Assembly: GCF_008065095.1 (NCBI RefSeq)
Contig: NZ_CP042911.1
Coordinates: forward strand, 8,670,001-8,702,000
DNA length: 32,000 bases
Source of the DNA: Gemmata obscuriglobus
GTDB taxonomy: Bacteria > Planctomycetota > Planctomycetia > Gemmatales > Gemmataceae
Direction: 5' to 3'
Position numbers and translations under genes: made by a program. This document shows, one piece after another, positions 18,844-30,230 of the stretch. Every line of letters begins with the position of its first letter. Positions within the stretch are counted from its first letter, which is position 1. The notes under the pieces were generated by a model. That model was not told where the DNA came from. It saw only the letters and a list, made by a program, of their open reading frames with translations, and searched no databases.

Positions 18844-19143
18844 TTAAGCCACCAGATGGTAGCGGAACTCGGGATCCGCGTATTTGGGTTGAAGTCGGTT
18901 CAGCATGAGCTGGATCATGGCCAGTTGAACGAACGCCTCCGAGGACCGCACCGTCTTCTCGCGGTCCTTGGTGAGGCGGCGGCACCGGCCGAGCCACGCG
19001 AACGTGCGCTCCACGGTCCACCGGATCGGCAGCTTCACCCACCCCGTTGAGCCCTCCGGGCGGCGCACGATCTCCAGTTCCCAGGGCGCATGGTCTGGAC
19101 CCACGCGTACAGGGCGTGGTTGTGGTACTTGGTGTCGGCGAAC
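18844..19143 (-). pseudogene. IS5-family DDE transposase C-terminal fragment (frameshifted, truncated by the IS3 element)
   Basis: ORF 18844..19104 ends ...WELEIVRRPEG..KLPIRWTVERTFAWLGRCRRLTKDREK, the IS5-type E-containing C-terminus. Another frame just upstream reads FADTKYHNHALYAWVQT, so a frameshift lies near 19090-19105. The sequence stops abruptly at the IS3 end (19144). The outer terminus of the remnant, somewhere in 18790-18843, was not defined. Confidence 0.7.
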
Positions 19144-19172
19144 TGGAGTTCCCCACGAAAAGTGGACAGTTT

Positions 19173-20003
19173 CTAGCGGTGGGTTTGGTTATACGTTCGC
19201 TCGTACTCACCTGGGGCAACGTCGCCCAGCGCGGAGTGCCTTCGGACCCGGTTGTAGAACGTCTCGATGTACTCGACGATGCTCGCCTTGGCCTCCGCGC
19301 GGGTGACGTAGTCCTGGTCGTGAACCAGCTCCTTTTTCAAGCTGGCGAAGAAGCTCTCCATCGCCGCGTGATCCCAGCAATTGCCCCGGCGGCTCATGCG
19401 GCACGTGATCCCCTCCTCCTTCAGTCGCCGCTGGTCGTGCGCGCGGGCGTACTGGGACCCGCGATCCGAGTGCGCCACCAGGCCCGCACCCGAAGACCCC
19501 TGGAGACGAGCGGCCAATGCCATCTCCAGGGCATCCACCACCAATCGACGGGTCATCGTCTCCGACATCGACCCGCCCACGATTCGGCGGCGGCACAGGT
19601 CTTCCACGACCGCCAGGTACAGCCACCCCTCACGGGTCGGGATGTGCGTGAGGCCCGCACACCAGCGCGTGTTCGGCTCGCCCGGGTCGGACGCCCGAGC
19701 CAACACGTGCGGTGCCACCGGCAACCCGTGGTTGGAGTCCGTCGTCTGCCTGAACGTCCGCTTCGTCCTCGCGGCGATCCCGGCCTCCCGCATGACCTGG
19801 GCCACGAAGTTCACGCTGCACGCGTGCCCTCGGCTGACCCGTTCGGCGTGGAGGCGTGGGCTCCCGTAGCGAGCTTTCACTTCGGCGTGGATCGCCTTCA
19901 CCTCTTCGGTCCGTTCCTCGCGCCGCTGTTCCGCCGCACTGACATCGCGTGACCGCCACGCGTACAATCCGGACCGCGACACCTCCAGCACGCGGCACAT
20001 CAA
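19173..20003 (-). CDS. IS3-family transposase OrfB (DDE integrase domain; normally expressed as an OrfAB fusion by -1 frameshift)
   Basis: MCRVLEVSRSGLYAW, GSPRLHAE, WCAGLTHIPT (D), HSDRGSQY (D), NCWDHAAMESFFASLKKE (E). The frame is -1 relative to orfA and stays open back to the A6G run. Confidence 0.85.
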   Translation of the reverse strand: MMCRVLEVSRSGLYAWRSRDVSAAEQRREERTEEVKAIHAEVKARYGSPRLHAERVSRGHACSVNFVAQVMREAGIAARTKRTFRQTTDSNHGLPVAPHVLARASDPGEPNTRWCAGLTHIPTREGWLYLAVVEDLCRRRIVGGSMSETMTRRLVVDALEMALAARLQGSSGAGLVAHSDRGSQYARAHDQRRLKEEGITCRMSRRGNCWDHAAMESFFASLKKELVHDQDYVTRAEAKASIVEYIETFYNRVRRHSALGDVAPGEYERTYNQTHR

Positions 20004-20344
20004 CGCGATGGGCCACTCGGCCTCGCGTTCCTCGATCCAGGCGAAGGTCCGCTCGTCTGGGCGGCGAAGAACGCCGTCGCTTTTTTGAGGATGTCGCGCT
20101 CCGCGTCGAGCCGCTTGACGTCGGCCCGGAGCGTGCGGATCTCCTCCTCCTGGGGCGTGAGGTGACCGGAGCCGGGGAACGCATCGACGCCCTTGGTGGC
20201 GAGGGCCTTCTGCCCGTCGTGGAGCCGGTTCTCGGTGATGCCCACCCGCCGAGCCACCTCGGCCACCGACAGCTTCTGCTCGGTGATCATCTTCACCGCC
20301 GCGAGCTTGAACTCCGGCGTGTACGTCTTCCGCTTGCCAGCCAT
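20000..20344 (-). CDS. IS3-family transposase OrfA (HTH)
   Basis: MAGKRKTYTPEFKLAAVKMITEQKLSVAEVARRVGI... followed by a leucine-zipper-like segment. Typical IS3 OrfA. Confidence 0.85.
   Translation of the reverse strand: MAGKRKTYTPEFKLAAVKMITEQKLSVAEVARRVGITENRLHDGQKALATKGVDAFPGSGHLTPQEEEIRTLRADVKRLDAERDILKKATAFFAAQTSGPSPGSRNARPSGPSR
20080..20086 (-). other. AAAAAAG slippery run in the orfA/orfB overlap (candidate -1 frameshift site)
   Basis: The minus strand reads ATC CTC AAA AAA GCG in the orfA frame. The orfB frame (CAA AAA AGC GAC...) continues as ...RTFAWIEEREAEWPIALMCRV. Confidence 0.6.
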
Positions 20345-20411
20345 CGGTGTGTCTCCTCGTGATCAGAGTTTACACCGCTTTCCCGCTGCCTACCATTCGT
20401 GGGGAACTTCA

Positions 20412-20737
20412 TGTGGACGTTCCCCCGGGTCCTCGGTGTGGACCCGACCAACAACGCGGCCGAGCGCGAGGTGCGTCACGCGGTGTGCTGGCGGAAAGCG
20501 AGCTTCGGGACCGAGAGCGAGCAGGGGAGCTAGTTCGTGGAACGGATCCTCACGGTCATCGCCTCGTGCCGCCGACAGGAGCGTAATGTCCTGGCGTTCC
20601 TCACCGATGCCGTCACCGCCTATCGCACCGGAGCCAAAGCACCGACGCTCATCCCGGGCCAGGCCCAACAGTCACCGATCGTGAGCCCACTCCTCGCCAA
20701 CTGTTGATATGCACCTGCATCACCGGTGAACGCTTAC
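20412..20737 (+). pseudogene. IS66-family transposase C-terminal fragment plus the element's right terminus
   Basis: The frame starting at 20411 reads WTFPRVLGVDPTNNAAEREVRHAVCWRKASFGTESEQGS*FVERILTVIASCRRQERNVLAFLTDAV..., the IS66 C-terminal signature, with an in-frame TAG at 20531-20533. The stop is at 20705-20707. CGCTTAC at 20731-20737 is the reverse complement of the GTAAGCG end typical of IS66 family inverted repeats. The 5' side is cut by the IS3 end. Confidence 0.7.
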
Positions 20738-20905
20738 GATGTCGAAATTAACTTTCCCGTTCTGACTGGCGATAGCAACACAGTGCGGATAGGTGTGTTG
20801 ATTACCGTCATCGCCCTTGTAACTGCCCCAAGAAAAAGAAGGGGCTGCGGCCTGAGCATCTTGAGAAGCAACGCAAACACTCAATCCAATAGCAAGAGCC
20901 AACAA
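20720..20905 (-). pseudogene. Possible N-terminal remnant of a small secreted protein gene, truncated by the IS66 end
   Basis: 61-codon ORF with a TTG start and a TAG two codons upstream (one GAT codon between). Signal-peptide-like LLALAIGLSVCVASQDAQA. Its last 6 codons and stop lie inside the inferred IS66 terminus (at or below 20737). Lower GC than the surroundings. Confidence 0.3.
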
Positions 20906-21014
20906 ATCCTACCAATCCAGTGCGGAGCATGGCGAGGAACTCCAGTTGATAGTGACTGGAGTGAGATTAACACGGGAGGTGTCAAGCACAAAAATGCAAT
21001 CCGCCACCGGCATT

Positions 21015-21157
21015 CTAGGCCGTGTGGACAGTCGATTCGCAAGTCGATGCCTGGTAATCGGTTGCGATGGCCGAGCCCCTGGCGACAGTTGTGATATTAC
21101 ACCAAGATAATTCAAGACTTACGTCGAAAGCTAATCGTGACTGTCCACACGGCCTAG
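21015..21157. repeat. Perfect 19-nt inverted repeat flanking about 105 nt
   Basis: ctaggccgtgtggacagtc (21015-21033) is the exact reverse complement of gactgtccacacggcctag (21139-21157). Confidence 0.9.
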
Positions 21158-21260
21158 TGCTCCGTCCACGCTAAATTTTCGGGTCACTGATGCGGCACTC
21201 ACAGATAGTTCGGGCAAAGTGGGACGCTTCGACCCGAAAATTTAGCGTGGACGGAGCACT
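21156..21260. repeat. Perfect 30-nt inverted repeat with 45-nt spacer, 16 nt downstream of the secA stop
   Basis: agtgctccgtccacgctaaattttcgggtc (21156-21185) is the exact reverse complement of 21231-21260. Overlaps the 19-nt repeat by 2 nt. Confidence 0.9.
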
Positions 21261-21275
21261 CGTATCGTCTGCTCA

Positions 21276-25187
<3,912 letters not shown>

Positions 25188-25279
25188 TGCGTTAATCCTC
25201 GTGCGCGAAAGTCGCTGCGCCCGCCCGGAGTCATGCCGGGGCGCACCGACCGCGCCAGATTCCCAATCTAAGGAGCATA

Positions 25280-25303
25280 GAAAAACCGGTCAATACAGAC
25301 CGG
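25280..25303 (-). terminator. Rho-independent terminator-like hairpin between the DltD/DUF1574-like gene and secA
   Basis: ACCGGTC (25284-25290) / GACCGGT (25297-25303) form a 7-bp stem with a 6-nt loop. On the minus strand it is followed by TTTTT (25280-25284). Confidence 0.5.
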
Positions 25304-25351
25304 TCGCGCGGGCCCGTACCGTCCGCACAGGCGGCGCCATGCTAACGGGAC

Positions 25352-25380
25352 GCCGAAAAGGGCCGAACTCGCTGTTCGGC
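25352..25380 (-). terminator. Second terminator-like hairpin just after the stop at 25393
   Basis: GCCGAAC (25362-25368) / GTTCGGC (25374-25380). On the minus strand it is followed by CC then TTTT (25356-25359). Confidence 0.4.
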
Positions 25381-25392
25381 GCCGCAGCGCCA

Positions 25393-26541
25393 TCACCGCC
25401 CCGGCAGTACCGTGGCGAGCCACGGCCGCAAGTGCCGGTCCGCGAGCCGGCGGCTGAACTTCTCGGCACCGCCCGGAAGCATATGGTGCCCGTCCCAGAA
25501 GTCGCCGGTCTCCCATCCGTCGGACAGGTCGAACACGGGGACGCCGAGCTCACTGGTGAACACTCGAACGAACGCGGCAAGGGCCGCGCGGGACTCGGGC
25601 GTGTACAGTTCACGGAACAGCGGCGCTTCGGCGGTGAGGTACAGAGCGACCGGCACCCCGTCGGCCCGGCACGCCGCGACCACCTCCCGGTACGCCCGCT
25701 CCGCCATCGGGTGCAACGGCATCTCGCGGCACATCTGTCGGTACGCACCGACCGCCTTATCAGTCGCCCGCTGCCGGTCTGCGTCGGGAATCTCTTTCGC
25801 CGGGAACGCGTGGAACCCGGTTCCGCTCGGGAACCGAGCGCTCAGCGGCACCCAGTAGGGGTCCGGGAACAGGTCCGGTACGGCTTGGTGCTGAATACTT
25901 TGGAGGTGCGCGGCCGGTCCGAACGCCCGGGACTGAATCCAGCGCCGGACCGGCTCCGGGTCGTGCGTGTTCGGGGCCAGGGTCGCCAGCTCGGCAGCGG
26001 TCAGCCCCGCCCCGTTCTCTGCATAGACAGTGTGGGCGGCGTCCGGAACGCAGAGCAGCGCCGGGAAGATCTCGACGATGACGGCGTCCGGCTTAACCCC
26101 GTCGGCGCGGAGCCGGCGGTACCCGAGCGGGTGATGGACCGGAAGCGCGCCGGCCAGCCCGAAGTTGAACACCAGCGGGTCCCGCGGTCCCTCCGGAAGC
26201 CCCGTCGCGGCCGGGTTCAGTGCCATCTGTGTGCGCGAACTGCCCACGGCCAGCACCAGCGGCCGGTCGGGGTGTTCGGCCCGGAGCCGCTGAACGGATG
26301 CAAGCCTGTGCCCGTACTCGGGGAACCGGACGAGCGGCAGTCGCGCGTCGAGCGCGACCGCGAACGCCGCATTGGCGGCCACCAGAATCGCGGCGAACGA
26401 CGCCAGCGTGAGCCGGGCCTTTGCACCCCGGGTGCGGTTCCGGCTCGGGCGCAGCCGCGGCGGCTCGGTTACTGCGATCGGGCGCAGGGTCGGGATCGCG
26501 GGCGTCAGTTGCGGGGGAACCAGGGACGAGCGCCCGAACAT
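25393..26541 (-). CDS. Membrane-anchored hypothetical protein, DltD/DUF1574-like (SGNH-type fold suspected)
   Basis: One N-terminal TM segment (LTLASFAAILVAANAAFAVAL). LVLAVGSSRTQMAL is a possible nucleophile block, and C-terminal FWDGHHMLPGGAEKFSRRL a possible His block. ATG 26541 is preferred to the ORF-track start 26643. The family assignment is from memory of motif patterns only. Confidence 0.5.
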   Translation of the reverse strand: MFGRSSLVPPQLTPAIPTLRPIAVTEPPRLRPSRNRTRGAKARLTLASFAAILVAANAAFAVALDARLPLVRFPEYGHRLASVQRLRAEHPDRPLVLAVGSSRTQMALNPAATGLPEGPRDPLVFNFGLAGALPVHHPLGYRRLRADGVKPDAVIVEIFPALLCVPDAAHTVYAENGAGLTAAELATLAPNTHDPEPVRRWIQSRAFGPAAHLQSIQHQAVPDLFPDPYWVPLSARFPSGTGFHAFPAKEIPDADRQRATDKAVGAYRQMCREMPLHPMAERAYREVVAACRADGVPVALYLTAEAPLFRELYTPESRAALAAFVRVFTSELGVPVFDLSDGWETGDFWDGHHMLPGGAEKFSRRLADRHLRPWLATVLPGR

Positions 26542-26691
26542 GGCTGTGCCGGTCCTTTCGCGTGGTCGCGGCGGACGGGCCGTGGCGGCGAACCGACCGA
26601 CCCGGAGGTGTGATCCATACCGCGGCACGAAAGAACGGGTCAAGGCGGATCGCCCGAGCGGGCGAACGCGACAGCGGAAACAACATGCCGA

Positions 26692-27183
26692 TCAGAAGAG
26701 CGGATCAGGGTAGTAGATGCCGACGAGCGGGTGCCCGGGCTTGGTCGCATCGAACTCCAGCGTCACGAGCGTCGAAGACGGGCTCGGGCGCCGGGGAAGG
26801 GAACGCTGGATCGGGCGCACGGTGGCGAGCGGCGTGAGGTCAGTTTCGTACTGGGTACGATACACCACCCGCCCATCGGCAACGGTAGCCGGGGAAATGT
26901 TACCCGAGGTGGGCGCACCGACCAACCCCTCCACTTCGGTCCGCGACATACCGGTCTTCAGCCTCGGTAGCGCCTGGGCTGTTCCTTCCGGCGTGATCAC
27001 TGGAAAAACCGCCTCCTCGCTGATAGCGGTCGGAGCGAGCCGCGGGTGGAGCGTAATCTCAGGCGCGGCTTCCGGTTCGGCAGGGCTCAACGCGTCCCAG
27101 CAGATCCAGGCCGCGAACGTGATGCCGAGCGCAGTGAGTACCAGAAGTGGGTGACGGCGCAAGAACCGAGAAGGGCGGCGCAT
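26692..27183 (-). CDS. Membrane-anchored protein with SmpA/OmlA (BamE)-like motif
   Basis: MRRPSRFLRRHPLLVLTALGITFAAWICW anchor. LKTGMSRTEVEGLVGAPT resembles the BamE-domain signature. ATG 27183 is preferred to 27255. Confidence 0.5.
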   Translation of the reverse strand: MRRPSRFLRRHPLLVLTALGITFAAWICWDALSPAEPEAAPEITLHPRLAPTAISEEAVFPVITPEGTAQALPRLKTGMSRTEVEGLVGAPTSGNISPATVADGRVVYRTQYETDLTPLATVRPIQRSLPRRPSPSSTLVTLEFDATKPGHPLVGIYYPDPLF

Positions 27184-27350
27184 GGGAACCTCGGAGAGCG
27201 GGTACGCGGGCGACGCACCCAAACCAGAGACGATCGGTACCGAGCTGGCTAACACTCACCTGTTCGCCCGGACCGATTCGGCATTATCCTGCGGACCGCG
27301 ATTTTACGCTCCGCTTGCCCTATACTTGCCCCGACGAGCGGTTTTGATTG

Positions 27351-27387
27351 AAAAAATTCGGCGCGATTGTGGGAGAAAAATCGCGCC
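27351..27387 (-). terminator. Rho-independent terminator of the serine hydrolase gene
   Basis: GGCGCGAT (27360-27367) / ATCGCGCC (27380-27387) form an 8-bp stem. On the minus strand it is followed by GAATTTTTT (A-run 27351-27356 on plus). Confidence 0.6.
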
Positions 27388-27464
27388 GGCTCTTGCCCCG
27401 CTCGCCAGTTCAAAGTTCGGAAAACGTAACGACAATTCGCGGTGCTGTCCAGCCGTCATTGGAC

Positions 27465-28757
27465 TCACATAAATTTCTCAAACAAATCGCCGTCCGGCCA
27501 TTTCTGCACCTTGCCGGCCGCGCGGTGAACCGGGGCGTCGATCAACCCGGACGGGGCGTCGCCCTCCGGGGTCGAGTCGGTGTTGAACAGCACCGCCCAG
27601 CTTAAGCCGTCCCACCGCCGAACCAGGAGCGTGTTGGTGCCGGGGATCCACCCGTCGTGCCACGCGTTCAGCTTGCCGTCGCCGACGGGGCGCACGTTCC
27701 ACCCGCAACCGTAGTACACCTCGCGCGGCTTCTTGTCGGGTCCGAACCCGGCGGCCCCGTCCGGCCGCGCCCACATGTCTCGGATGCTGGCGCCCGAAAG
27801 GAGCGGAGACGTTCGCGCCCCGTCGAACGCGGACGCGAACCGGACCAGATCGACGGCCGAAGCGACCCACCCCCCATGCGCCTCGAACGCCTCGACGTTC
27901 ATCGCCCCGTCCGGCAGTGGCACCTGGCGTCCGGCGCGCGGCGGGTACAGACAGGCGCCTTTGCGCCCCTTCGCGTCGTGGTACGACACTTCGGCCTTTG
28001 AACGGTTCTCGGGCAGCCCCCGGGCCAGTGCCGGTGTGGTCGCCCCCAGCGGCCCGAACACGTGCTTTTTCACCCACGACTCGTACCGCTGCCCGGTCAC
28101 GGCCTCAAGGACCCGGCTGAGAACCAAGTAACCCAAGTTCGAATACGCGAACCGCGCTCCGGGGCCGAAATCCAGCGGCTGTCCCATCATGTAACGAACG
28201 ATGTCGTCGGGCGTTGGCGGGCCGTCGAGCTTCAGCGCGCGCCGGACGCGCCCCGGGACCGCGATGGGGTCGAACCCGCCCTCACGGTCCCGGTCCCAAC
28301 CGCCGGTGTGCCGGAGGCACTGGCGGACGGTCACCTTCTGCCACCGCTCATCAAGTTCGACGCCGCTCGCGGGTGCCGGTTTCAGTTTGATGTACTTCAG
28401 TACCGCGTCGTCGAGCTTGAGCTTCCCCTGCTCGGCGAGCATCAGGACCGCAACCGCGGTGATCGGTTTGGACACGCTGGCGATGCGGAACCGCGCGTCC
28501 GGTGCAACGGGCACCTTTTGTTCGGCGTCGGCGAACCCGAACCCGCGGGCGTACACGAGTTTCCCGCCGCGCGCGACCGCGACCGCCGCGCCGGGCAACT
28601 TGTGACGGGCCAGGAACGACTGAAAGAGCTGGTCGAACGGCTCCAGGTTCGCGTTCTCGGCGCCGGTCGTGGGCACCGGCGGCGGTTCGGCGAAGGCTTG
28701 CAGCCCCATAGCACCAAGAGCCGCCGATGTCAGAAAAGTGCGTCGCGTGTGCGGCAC
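27465..28757 (-). CDS. Serine hydrolase, beta-lactamase (class C / DD-peptidase-like) family, Tat signal
   Basis: Tat signal HTRRTFLTSAALGAMGL. SxxK motif SVSKPITAV, YxN motif FAYSNLGY, HGG in place of KTG (FEAHGGWV). Confidence 0.8.
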   Translation of the reverse strand: MPHTRRTFLTSAALGAMGLQAFAEPPPVPTTGAENANLEPFDQLFQSFLARHKLPGAAVAVARGGKLVYARGFGFADAEQKVPVAPDARFRIASVSKPITAVAVLMLAEQGKLKLDDAVLKYIKLKPAPASGVELDERWQKVTVRQCLRHTGGWDRDREGGFDPIAVPGRVRRALKLDGPPTPDDIVRYMMGQPLDFGPGARFAYSNLGYLVLSRVLEAVTGQRYESWVKKHVFGPLGATTPALARGLPENRSKAEVSYHDAKGRKGACLYPPRAGRQVPLPDGAMNVEAFEAHGGWVASAVDLVRFASAFDGARTSPLLSGASIRDMWARPDGAAGFGPDKKPREVYYGCGWNVRPVGDGKLNAWHDGWIPGTNTLLVRRWDGLSWAVLFNTDSTPEGDAPSGLIDAPVHRAAGKVQKWPDGDLFEKFM

Positions 28758-28823
28758 GATGGGCTCCCGGGGTGAGCGCCCGCCAGCGGGCGAGCGCGTG
28801 ATGGTCGGCGTTAAGCGGATCGG

Positions 28824-30230
28824 CTACCGCGGTGTAGCGCCCGGTTCCGGGAAGTTCTTCGACTCGTCGTCGAGTACGAGCACCCAGTCGAGCAACTCGC
28901 CGTCGGCGGGCGGGGTGAACGTCCGGGTGCCGGTGTTCGGGAAGGTGCCGACCGCGGTCGCCTTGCCGTCCCGCGGGTTGAACCACCACGCCTTCACCTT
29001 CGGCCCGGTCACCTTGCCCATCGCAACGGTAAATGGGCGGCCGATCGGGACGTACACCATCGCGAACGTCCCCTTTTCATCGCGGGTGGCAGCGAACCGC
29101 CGCGTGCCGGCGCCGGGCACGGAAGTGCCGACCTCGTCGGCCACGATCACCGAATCGTCGGGGACGCGGGTGAGGTACGGGCGCGACTCGATGAGCCGGC
29201 GGCCGTGCTGCATCTGCTTGCCGCCGGGCTGTTCGATCGCCTCTTCCCAGGTGACGAGCGGGCTGTTCACCGGCTTACGGCCCTTCGCGTAAAACTGCCA
29301 GACCGAGTGGTGCCCGTAAGTATGACCGCACGCCCCGGAAAACACATCCCAGTAGAAGGGCCGCCGCACGTCGGCCGCGGTGGAGTGGCCGAACTCCTTC
29401 GCCTTGAACGACACCGGGTGCCCTTCGTAGATCGGCTCGCCGTCGAGGACCGGTTTGGCAGGGCGCAGGTTGTAATCGGCGAGCGTCTTGTCGTAGCGCC
29501 CGGTGAACTCGGCCTGGTGACCGTTCTGCCGCATGTTGAAGTCGAGCCAGTCGTCGTTGTGGAAGGGCGTTGACGACCCGCTCCCGCCGGTCGGGTGGAA
29601 GGTGATGAGGTGCGCGCCGCCGTCGCCCGCCCGGAGCCCCTTGGCCATCGCGCGGGTGATCCGCTTGTGCGCGTCCGTTTCGACCGGCCGGTCGCCGCCG
29701 AGGACCCAGATGATCGGCCTGTCCTTGTACCGCTTCCCGAGCCACGCGCCGTAGGCTTCGGCATTCTCCGGCGTGAAGACCTCCGGCCCTTGTCCCCACT
29801 TCTTGTTCCACTTGTCGCCCCAAGTCGGCAGCAGGGCGGTGTAAATGCCGTGCTCCGCGGCCCGGTTCACCACCCAGTCCACGTGCTCGAAATACTTCTC
29901 GTTCGGCTTGGCGGGGCTGTTGTCGATCAGCGGCTTGTGGCCGTAGACGTTAGGTTCGTTAAGCCCGTCGAACTCGGCGAGCGCGACGGCCTGAACGACG
30001 TTGTACCCTTGCGCGGCGCGGGTCTTGAGGTACTTGCCGGCCTGCTCGCGGTCGAGCCGGTGGAACAGTTCCCAGGCCGTGTCAGCGAGGTAGAAGAACG
30101 GCTTCCCTTCGGCGGTGACGAGAAACCGCTTGTTGTCGCTCACCTTGAGCTTCGGGAGCGAACGGGGTTCGTCGGCATGAACCGCGGTTGTAACCACAAG
30201 CGCGAGAACACAGGCGGAGAGAGCACGCAT
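28824..30230 (-). CDS. Glycoside hydrolase family 140-like protein (DUF4038 catalytic domain plus C-terminal beta domain)
   Basis: Signal peptide [19 protein letters not shown] (ATG 30230). [56 protein letters not shown] is the DUF4038/GH140 signature as I remember it. The ORF-track start at 30407 adds a non-protein-like leader. Confidence 0.7.
   Translation of the reverse strand: MRALSACVLALVVTTAVHADEPRSLPKLKVSDNKRFLVTAEGKPFFYLADTAWELFHRLDREQAGKYLKTRAAQGYNVVQAVALAEFDGLNEPNVYGHKPLIDNSPAKPNEKYFEHVDWVVNRAAEHGIYTALLPTWGDKWNKKWGQGPEVFTPENAEAYGAWLGKRYKDRPIIWVLGGDRPVETDAHKRITRAMAKGLRAGDGGAHLITFHPTGGSGSSTPFHNDDWLDFNMRQNGHQAEFTGRYDKTLADYNLRPAKPVLDGEPIYEGHPVSFKAKEFGHSTAADVRRPFYWDVFSGACGHTYGHHSVWQFYAKGRKPVNSPLVTWEEAIEQPGGKQMQHGRRLIESRPYLTRVPDDSVIVADEVGTSVPGAGTRRFAATRDEKGTFAMVYVPIGRPFTVAMGKVTGPKVKAWWFNPRDGKATAVGTFPNTGTRTFTPPADGELLDWVLVLDDESKNFPEPGATPR

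Larger units (their letters stand above)
19144..20411 (-). mobile_element. Apparently intact IS3-family insertion sequence (1268 bp)
   Basis: Ends are TGGAGTTCCCCACGAA... (19144) and ...TTCGTGGGGAACTTCA (20411), i.e. TG..CA termini. 21 of the first 26 nt match as an inverted repeat. Contains orfA and a -1-frame orfB with an A6G run in the overlap. Confidence 0.85.
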
